From Minutocellus sp. GHC0000111 (taxonomy: Eukaryota), in contig OZ361261.1 in NCBI GenBank assembly GCA_977018835.1, positions 1-64,000 of the forward strand: a stretch of 64,000 nt of DNA. The letters run 5' to 3'. Under the pieces are notes generated by a model. The model was not told the DNA's origin and ran no database searches. It saw nothing but the letters and a program-made list of their open reading frames with translations. Shown here piece by piece: positions 54,596 through 64,000 of this stretch. Both the position numbers and the translations under genes were made by a program. Position 1 is the stretch's first letter. The number at the start of each line of letters is the position of its first letter.

Positions 54596-57500
54596 ATGCT
54601 CTCCACACGTCGCATCGGAACACGAGGTGCTGCCTCCCGACTGGTCCACAAGAGTTCTGCTTCCGCATCATCGTCATCATCGTCCCTGCAATCCTCGTCC
54701 ATATGCTGCGTCGGAATTCTTTCCTCCTTTCTAGTGCCAACCCCACCGTCCGCCGTGGCCCACCAGCATCATCAGGGACAGCAGGTTCGGACCAACTACT
54801 CGTCGTTGATCGACCCGGGATCCGCTCACCAGAAGGGCCCTGGTGTCGGTGGTCGGGCCCAGCCGTGGCAACCGGAAGAAAACATTGACATCCAAAAGGT
54901 CACCCAGACGGCGATTGTGAGATAATGATTTCTGGGATTGTATTGTTTATTGGAACATTTGTATGGTATATAACATTGCTCTTGACTTCCTCGGCGGGTC
55001 CTGTGTTCAGTCTGACCATAACCAGTCTACTTCTTGTGCTCCATTATGATCTGACTCTCATCCTTCTCCCTAATTGTCATTATCACACACACACACATGT
55101 ACATCAGATCCATGAGCTTACCAAGCAACAAACAGCAACGATCGAGCAAGTAGTGCCTTGGTTTCTAAACACGATGCCACCTGCCTACTTTCGTCAGGTT
55201 CCTGAGAGCTTCCGGTTGGATCACATCAAGGCAGTGAGCGCCGTTCGGGATGCCAATATGGACCTGTACCTCAACCTGCAGTCTCACCTGCCCGATGGGA
55301 GGCTCGTCCTCACGTTCATCCGGCCGGGGACGCAGCCCGGTCTGCTCTTGCAGATGGTCAAGGACTTGCCTTGGAATCACTTCCAGGGGGGTGATGAGTA
55401 CCTTCCCTTGACCCGAGTCCAGGTCTTCTCGGCCCTCGACGAGAGTATGAGTCTGAACATGTTTGTGTACGGAGACGAAGTGTCCGAACCATTCGACGTT
55501 ACCGTAGCCGGTGCGCGAATTCTGGAATATGCCGATGCTGCTCTGGAGAGCGATGTTCCCGACGAAATTCCAGAAGAAATCTTTGAGCGTGAGGGTCTTA
55601 TTGATTACATGAAGAAGTGCTCCGAGAACTACATCACCCGTTCTGATCCCCGTCGTTATCTCCAGCAGAGGATGCTCTTTGAGCGTGTTTCCGGAACGGA
55701 GGGAACTGCTGTTCATGTCGAGGTGAGAAGATATTTTATGTGCACATTTGGTTTCATTTCATGCTTTGTTTTTACTTCAGCCGATCCTGGTCTGACCACG
55801 TCTTACTTCATAACGGCTCGTTTACTTCTATACCAATGCAGCCATCCCATGTTGATGATGTAAGCGACCATTACTGGGTGGACGTTGCTGTCGCCAATTC
55901 CCTCCCACAGGTTGCTCTCGAACACACATCGAGATTGCTCTTTCTGCACAATTTTGACGTTTTCCGATCTCATCTTGATGTTGTTTCGGATGGTGAGAAT
56001 GGCAATGTGACTCTGCTTCGTATGCTTGTGGCGCCGGTTGATCCCTCGGCTGTGGACGATGCATCGATCGAGCTTCTGAAGCGTGAAATCAAGCGCGCCA
56101 AATGGCTCGATCCCCTAACGATGGATTTGATCTTTGACAAGTATCCGTGGCTGGGGGTGAAGCGTGGAGAAATTATCACCGCCTTTTGCTCCCTCTTGCA
56201 CCCAGTAATGAGCAAGTTGAACTCGCTCGCCTTCTCCAAGGGAAACATATTCGATACGGTGACTGATGAGAAGTACATTGCGTACTCTTCTGCAATAGCA
56301 GATCTTTTCCTCAATCGATTCTATCCCAAAGGCCCGCTTTCCGACGAAGAGCTTGAGGAACAGTCCGAACAGCTGCGTCGAACGATCAGTAGCGATATTG
56401 AAGATACGGTCGCCTCGGAACTTCTCTTGAAGATGATTGATATTGTGAAATACACCTATCGCACGAATATTTTCATGAATGATCGATATGCATTGGGCCT
56501 ACGGTTGAACCCACGCGTCATGATTGTCGAAGGAGAAGAAAAGGAGCTGCCCTATGGCATTGTCTTTGCCCACGGACGTCGCTTCAATGGCTACCATGTT
56601 CGATTCCGAGATATATCTCGTGGTGGCATGAGGTTGGTCACTCCACAGAACCCTGAGCAGTTTGCTCTCGAGTCGGCGCACCAGTATGACGAGTGCTATG
56701 GGCTAGCCTTTGCCCAACAGCTCAAGAACAAGGACATTCCCGAAGGTGGGAGCAAGGCTGTCAACCTGATCAATGTAAATGGTCTCTCGGCGGCGGGCAA
56801 GAATTTCGTCATGCGCAAGTCTGTGAAGGCCTTCACCGATACCATCTTGGATCTGGTTGTTGAGACCGATGAAACGAGAGCAAGACGAGTTGACTTTCTA
56901 GGAAAGAAAGAAACACTGTATCTTGGACCTGACGAGCAGGTGATCCCAGCCGATATTGAATGGATCATCAAGAGGGCTGCGAGACGCGGGTACGAGACAC
57001 CTAATGCATTCATGTCGAGCAAACCACGCGCTGGCATCAACCACAAGGAATATGGTGTTACGAGCGAAGGAGTTAACGTGTATCTTGATGTCGCCCTTCG
57101 CAAGGCTCTTGGGATTGATCCGACCAGTACTCCTTTACGATCAAAATGACTGGTGGCCCGGACGGAGACGTTGCTGGAAACGAAATCAAGATCCTCATTA
57201 GAGAGTACGGACAGAAATGCAAAATCGTTGGCGTTGCCGATCATTCGGGATGTGCTGAAGATCCTGATGGGTTGGATCACAGCGAATTACTTCGCCTGGT
57301 ACACAACAATCTGTGCATCGCACACTTTGACTCGTCCAAACTCAGCGGTGAAGGCGTTGTTCATCAAGCCGACAATGACGCTGGAATCAAAGCAAGGAAC
57401 AACATGCACAATCGACTCGAGGCCGATGCCTTTGTCCCCGCTGGTGGCCGTCAAAATACTATCGACATCCACAACTATCAGCACTTTCTCAAGCCTGACG

Positions 57501-58326
57501 GAACTCCATCTTCTCCGTTGATCGTTGAAGGCGCCAATCTTTTTGTTACTGCTGAGGCCCGACAAAAACTCTATGAGGAGGCCGGTGTTGTAATTGTCAA
57601 GGACTCCAGCGCCAACAAGGGTGGTGTAATTACATCTTCGTATGAGATCATTGCCGCAATGCTTCTGTCCGAAGATGAGTTCTACGATAACAAGGAAGCC
57701 ATTGTTCAAGAGGTACTAGATAAACTCCGGTCTCTAGCGCACATGGAGGCCGAGTTACTTTTCCGCGAAAAGGACAATTTCCAGGGTAAGTAATCCCGAA
57801 GCAGCAAATTCGCCACGAATTTCTGACAGTATTGCTTTATCTAATATTGCCGCACGTACCGCTTGTGATTGTCTCTCCCATTGCACCCACAGAATCCCTA
57901 CCTCAAGTCAGTCAAATAATCTCCAATTCAATCAATGCCGCCACCGATGCTCTCACCCAAGCTCTCGATACGGTCACGGCCGATGAGAAAGAGAAGCTTT
58001 TGCCTCTCTTTAGAGATCATTTGCCACAAACCCTAGCGAACCTCTCCTTTGATAGACATGCGGAGCGCGTGCCGGAGCAGTATATCAAGAATGCTATTGC
58101 TTCTTGCCTCGCTTCCAAAATGGTCTACAAGGAGGGCACGAAATTTATAGATTCTCACCCGAAGGAGAAGCTAGCAGAGGTTGCGCTGAGGTACATCGAG
58201 AAGGAGAATGAAGTGGCCAAGCTGAAGGAGGCGCTGGTAGAAACAGACATGCCGGAGGCAGAAAAAGAAATGATTATCAAATTACTCGAGGCAGGTGGAG
58301 CTCGCACTGCCTTGAGCATGTCGTAA
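54596..58326 (+). CDS. GDH2: NAD-specific glutamate dehydrogenase, large GDH2 type (introns 54917-55107, 55723-55841, 57786-57892; frameshift near 57130)
   Basis: HVRFRDISRGGMR, QQLKNKDIPEGGSK, LGPDE, GINHKEYGVTS, TGGPDGDVAGN, VEGANLF and DSSANKGGVITSSYE motifs; mitochondrial presequence. Confidence 0.92.
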
Positions 58327-60502
58327 TGGGGCGTCATTCTTCAAGCCAGTAAACACATGCAAGTAATATTTATCCTGGCCAAATCAGTACACCAATAAGA
58401 ATAGCGAGAATTGGCGATCGTCGTTTTGCGCTTGTAAGTTTTGATAGCCTCGATGGCATAAGGTTGCCCATTAATAGAAAGTTTCGCAGGTGTGCTGCAT
58501 GTACTGACTTGATGATCATCGCCAAGTTTGTGGAGGTCGACGCCAAATTTCGCGGGGTGCTGATTCGAAATACCAACATTGGTATGCACCGGACGACAAT
58601 GAATCACAACTACTCGATGGGAAGGGCATCAATCGACGGCCCTTGATGTACATGAGAGATTGTTATGGTCATAGAAGGTCCTTTGTACCGGTATTGTACC
58701 GGTATGGGAAGTAATGGAGGCAAATCAATGTGAAAATTCGACGGTTTCCGTAAACCGTAAATCTCGGTGGTCATCGACCTCCACGAAGAGTCAGGGCTCA
58801 TTGCTCAACAGGTAATCACGAACTCAATAACACTCGCATAGTCTTTCGCTAGAATATATATCTAGTGCGACTCTATGGGTAGTAGCTGCTGTAGACTAGC
58901 TTTTTCGGCTATTTCTAGACGTTCCTACTATCTGAGAGCAAGATTGGGGCTGTCGGTGCCCCCTTCGCAACTACTACAGATGATTATTGCTACTAAGTTC
59001 CATAGAGTAGATAAAAATATATTATCTAATGGAAAAGTAACTTATTATGTATACATATAAAGGGACTAAAGCAAATAGATTACTATTGGTTGCGTCCTCA
59101 TGCGGAACTATCAAGATTAACCTCCTGCAATGTTGCTGAGAGGTCCCATAAAATTTGAATAGAATCAATAAATTTATCCCCATCACTCGCAGTAACCCAA
59201 TGAAACTCATCAAAAGTCGAAAGGTATATAAAGCTAGGAGACAACTGCATGGGAATGTTCACGAGTTTGCATGCATGGGGCGGACAGCATCAATTTTACA
59301 TCTCTGACTCAGGGCGCCTCGACCTCCAGCCCATTTCACCAAGATGTTCCACATGCACCAAATAGACAAGATACTTCCCCTTTCTCTTCACCTCCAGGCA
59401 ATTTCTAATGACCCCATCTATGCAGCTAGGTGATACGACCGATAAATGTATAAAAAGTGTCTCCACATTGATATTGTCGGCACCGATGAGTCCAATTGGG
59501 GGGCAAAATTCAATCTCCACCAGCACAGAATTTTACTGCACCGACGCTAATCGAAGTAGTTGGTGTTCGTTTCAACGATATGTGCCAATTCTACGGCCCT
59601 ATGTACCACCATGGCCCATCCAATGCATAAAATCGGCGGTTGGGTTGATAAAACTAACAACAATCCACCTCCAGATCCCTGCTGATCCTCGTATTGCCGT
59701 TGGTGGATGGCGCCAAGAGGGGGTCAATGAAAAGTAGAGACATCATGTCATAGTTCCAGGTGAAACTTGCGATACCCGGACAAATCAATGTCAACACTAT
59801 GAACACGACTCTCCCCAGGTTTCGCAAGTTTTTTATTGGGTTCCGGTCTCACTACTTGTAGCAGCAGGAGCGGTGGTGCCCATTTTGTTGCCATTTTTTC
59901 GTGCAATTGGCAGGCGGAGTGAAGCAGCACAAGTGCTGGCGTGAAGCATTTCTGCGACCAGGAGTTTGGGTATGCAGTCACACACTAGCTAGGCGGCCAC
60001 AGGCCCCTCCAAATCAGACGCCGACGAACACTGTTAGTTTTGTTAGTTTTGTTAGTTTTTCCCTCTTTTCATATCTCCGTCAGATTACGTGGTCGTAGAA
60101 TGACATTTAAAGGCTGCATCCTGCATTCACATCGGAAAAAACACACACGTATCCCGTTCTTGTCCGTTCTTCCTACCCTTGATGGGCACACGGCCAATCC
60201 CTCCATCTGCAATAAATGTTCACTATGTGCGCTTGCGTGGCAGCTTTCTCTCCTCCAATGCCATCTGGCATCAGGCCTCGACAATCGGCCTTGTTCTTCG
60301 AAGCCATTTCTGTCTCATTTGCTATCCCGCCGCCGCTTTCTCTCCCGGCACACACACAGCAAAATCGGCACCATGCGTTGCATGTTGCTTCGCATGTCGG
60401 CAAACACATGTAAAATGCGGTAACCACCTTGTCATTTTGCACTCACTTTACAAGCAAACAAAGAACACAACAATCAAACCAACCCCCCATCAACAAAGCA
60501 AG

Positions 60503-61151
60503 ATGAGCAACCTCTCCAACTCCCCATCCCAAGACGAGCTATCGACGTCGCCGACTACCACCATCATCGAGAGCCTCGACGAATTGGCAGGAGCGATCGC
60601 CGCCTCCTCTGCCTCTGCTTGTCCGAATATGGCCTCTTCGCCGCCAAGATCGACTTCTTCCTCCTCCTCCGAGAGGCCAAATGTAAGCCGTGGTCCTGGC
60701 GACATGTACGAGGCCCCCCCTCAACGACGAGATTGCCGATTCCTCCGAGGAGGATCGGCAGCAGGCCGGGGGCAACAAACGGCGCCGAGAGCGCCGTCGT
60801 CGCCGTCGCTCGGCCCTGTCGGTCGAGTGCCACCCCTTCTTCAACGGGCAGTACCTGGCTTACCTCGAAGACCAAGTGCACAGGAAGGAGACCGAGGCCC
60901 AACAAGGCGAGGACAACGGACAAGAAAACTTCCTACCGACAATGTGCCCTCCCACCCTCATCGCCGAGAAGACCTTCGACAACGCTCACGTCTGGAACGA
61001 GCGCCGTCCCGTCCGAAGGGCCAGAAGGCGAACCAGCCGAAGAAAGACGGGATATCTACAAGAAAAGCACTTCGCCGACGACGCACACACATCCATCCAC
61101 CAATTTTTTATGTTCTACGACAACGACAGCTATCAAACCTACCGAAGATGA
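60503..61151 (+). CDS. Hypothetical protein (frameshift near 60715)
   Basis: ATG after an A/C-rich leader; reading continues in ORF 60690-61151. Confidence 0.4.
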
Positions 61152-61390
61152 AATTGGGATCACAACCGCCAATTCTTTCCCACTCTTCGGACAACGACTC
61201 GACTTGACTCATGTCCTGCCAGTTCAAATGAGAGGCATGGCGCTGCACATTTTTTACAAGACGTAAACTTCTAGCTAGTACTAAAGAAGAATTAACCAAA
61301 ATTGATCTCAATGGACATGATGAATCTTTTTACATACATAAGTGATGCTACTAGTCTACTTTTTACATAGACGAGCTGGTCTAGCTCTAG

Positions 61391-63438
61391 CTAGAAGAAA
61401 CCACATTCCTTCATCGGGGGCATGTAGTGAGAGCTAATGCCACTCCGGGTGTTGCACTGGAAATTCAGCGTCAGGCTCACGATGAAGTGGAACCAGTTCG
61501 TGGGCAGGTACAGGACGTCGCCGGCCTGCAGGATGATCTCGTTGGCCCTGGCCTCGGCAAACTCGGGATAGACCTCCAGGTCTGGCTTGCTCCAGTCCAC
61601 GGCCGAGTGCCGCGCACTGGGGTGGTCCTTGGGATAGAGGGCCATGTTGGGACATTGCTCGGGATGGGCCAGTATGTAGCGTCTCTCCCCTCCCATGACG
61701 GCAATGGCATTGCGGCTGGAAGGTTGGAAATTATGGAAGAGAGATTGGTGAGGTTTAACTCTTTCATGAAAATGTTATTTTGACAGGATCTAATAGCAGA
61801 GCATACCATGGTACATGTAAAAATATTATGTGCCTCTCACCTTCCATCGAAATGGTTCTCAGCAATCACACCCTTCATACCAAAGCGACAGTGGATGCCC
61901 TTCTGTCGATGAGGTTCAACGATGAACAACTGATCCTCCCGAGGCTGGAAGAAGGGCAATTCATCAAATAGATATTCCGACGAATCCTTGTCGCAGCGCC
62001 CCTGCGCGCCACAGCCGATAAGTCGATAGTACCAATGAGGATGGTCCGGTCCCAGCTTGTCATCGGTGGTGTTGGCGTGGCCGAGCCACTCCTCGTAGGG
62101 CATGCGCATCATTTTGGTGGGTGGCTTCCAACCCTCGGGGGGCGTTGGGAATTTCGGATGACGAGCCCGTCCCGCCTTCTCGCGTTGCTTCTTCTTGTTG
62201 GGATTTTCTGCCATCCAGTACATAAAGTGGTTGTTGGGAGAGTATTCCGTCCGATGAGGCGTATCGGACATCAGGTCCAGCATGTAGCCCGGATGATTCC
62301 ATCGCTCGGCCGTTCGAAGAACCTGTGGATCATCGCGAACGACGAAGGGAACCTCGGCTTCCCTGTAAATCTTTGCCTTTTCCATTTCTGTCTCATAGTC
62401 AAACACACAGATGCCCTGGTAAATTTTGGGTCGAGGAGCCGTGTCATCCGGGGGCCAGTTCTGCACAATGTCAATCACCGGCCATGCGTAGGGGTATCCC
62501 TCAGGCGGATAGAGAGGGCAGTTGGTAACAGTATAGGGCAGCTCGTCCGGCTTGATGGGCTCATATGTCTTCACCCTCAACTCCTCATGCACCCTCCGCT
62601 TGGTCCTGTCCATAACCAACGGCAACGTTTCCTCGATCCGCTGCCTCAAATCATAGTACCGCTTCGTCTTGTCCCCAATTCCCTTCATCGAATCAGGACT
62701 GGGCGGCGGATACGTCTTCTGACTCCCCCCAAAGGGCAAATTGGACAGCCACGAGGCGGCCGAGTTGACTCGATTCATCAGCCCACCCCGCCGCTTCTTC
62801 TTTTGGTTGTGATTGTTGTTGCCATTGTCGTATTGGTACGGACTATCTTCGGCGTTGCTATTCTTGTGGAGGTTGTTGGCAGGTCCATGATGATGATGAT
62901 CGTGTTTGGGAGGCAACTGCAAATCGTCCATCATGCCATTGTCCCTGCCTGCCGCAAAATTGTTTCCCGCAAAGAGCGCCCGAAACATGGCCACGGTACA
63001 AAGCAAGAACAGGAAGAAGCCAATCAGCATCATCTGCACGATGGCGTCGGAATCGATCCCTCTGCCGCCAGGTCCAGGCCGTCCTCTGCGGGATCGATAT
63101 CGATTCAGGGAGGACAGACCCCCACCTCCACCGCCTCCCGAGGTTGGAGGACGCCGCTGCTGCCGCGATGCCGCCCGTCGCCTCCGTCGTTCGGCCCGCT
63201 CCTCGGCCTGCCGGTACGATGCGTCCATGGCGCTGGAGGCCGAGGGGTAGTAGCCGCCATTGCCATTGCCACTGCTACCGCTGGCATTAGCACCGACGCT
63301 GATGGCATGGCTTTGCTGCTGCTGCTGCTCGCAATTGGAATCGCTCGATCCCGACTCGCCGAGGTCGGCGGCCACCACGCCGGGCACGGATGATGGTCCG
63401 CCGCCGTCCCTCCCGCGGTACTGCATAGAGGAGGACAT
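61391..63438 (-). CDS. Membrane-anchored JmjC/cupin-8 domain hydroxylase (intron 61716-61840)
   Basis: HFD iron motif; spliced GS-RNAIAVMGGERRY; LQAGDVLYLPTNWFH; TM near the N-terminus. Confidence 0.88.
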
Positions 63439-63921
63439 GTTTTTGCCTGGAAACGCAAATGAATAAGTTTGGTAGCGGTCGTTGTGCTATGCGCTGGCTG
63501 TGCCAATGTCGAAAACCGACGGACGCACCGATTGTGCCAACACAAGACCGAAGTGAAAAATGAGCACAAACCTGAAACCTGACCAGGGCAGGGTGCGTCA
63601 AAAGATACGATGGCAGAATCCCAGTTAGTTGGGAACTGGCAAGTGGTACCTGTTGCAAACGGCCCGTGGCAGTTTGCAGGGAAGGGAGCAAACGCAATAT
63701 GTGCTCTCGGCCTCCAGTCAACTGCTCTCTCGCCGTTTTTGTGGCCATGGACTCTGCATGGTTCGGGTTGCGGCAAGTTGCGATTGCTTCAGGGGATTTC
63801 AGTTGATAATCAGCCACTCGATTCATTCGAATGAATCGACTCCTGACTCGACTCGCTCGATCGATTGACAGGCTAATTATGCCCCCTCGCCTCCTCCCTC
63901 ATTTCTCTCGGCGGCTCCACA

Positions 63922-64000
63922 ATGGCGACCATGAGGAGAAGCGCCGCCGCCGCCGCTGCTGCCGCGACGGCAACTGCATCTTCCCCTGACCAAGCAGATG
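63922..64000 (+). CDS. Possible 5' end of a gene running off the window
   Basis: acaATG context and an open frame MATMRRSAAAAAAAATATASS to the window end. Confidence 0.3.
   Translation, partial: MATMRRSAAAAAAAATATASSPDQAD

Noticed and set aside
57100..57160. Programmed ribosomal frameshift in GDH
   Set aside because: No clear slippery heptamer, and similar breaks in many unrelated genes point to indel errors.
23702..63393. Long antisense ORFs (23702-25147, 31304-32932, 52424-53479, 62035-63393)
   Set aside because: Shadows of GC3-rich genes on the opposite strand.

Overview
Gene-dense eukaryotic DNA, almost certainly a diatom: short GT-AG introns, a chlorophyll a/c-binding protein with an ASAF-type plastid signal, diatom-type GPCR and sulfotransferase-like genes. 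About 30 host genes are present, including MAM33, Mpv17, LHC, a 2OG oxygenase, LMF1, REI1, a nitroreductase, a D-hydroxyacid dehydrogenase, a lipase, a Pat-like acetyltransferase, NAD-GDH and a JmjC protein. Several are split by apparent 1-bp frameshifts. The main structure is a nested transposon at 33938-42190. A young 5.5-kb element (33992-39519) has ~818-bp TIRs, an intact IS630/Tc1 DD34E transposase and a convergent intron-containing unknown gene. It sits apparently without a TA duplication inside the left TIR of an older 2.7-kb element whose ORF carries a RAG1/Transib/Chapaev-like H-x4-H...E motif. Comparing paired repeat copies shows recurrent TpA->TpG/CpA changes, and repeat-like DNA has TpA-free blocks. 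This suggests a RIP-like but opposite-direction, adenine-targeted mutational process on repeats. All assignments are by-eye motif recognition; no searches were run.
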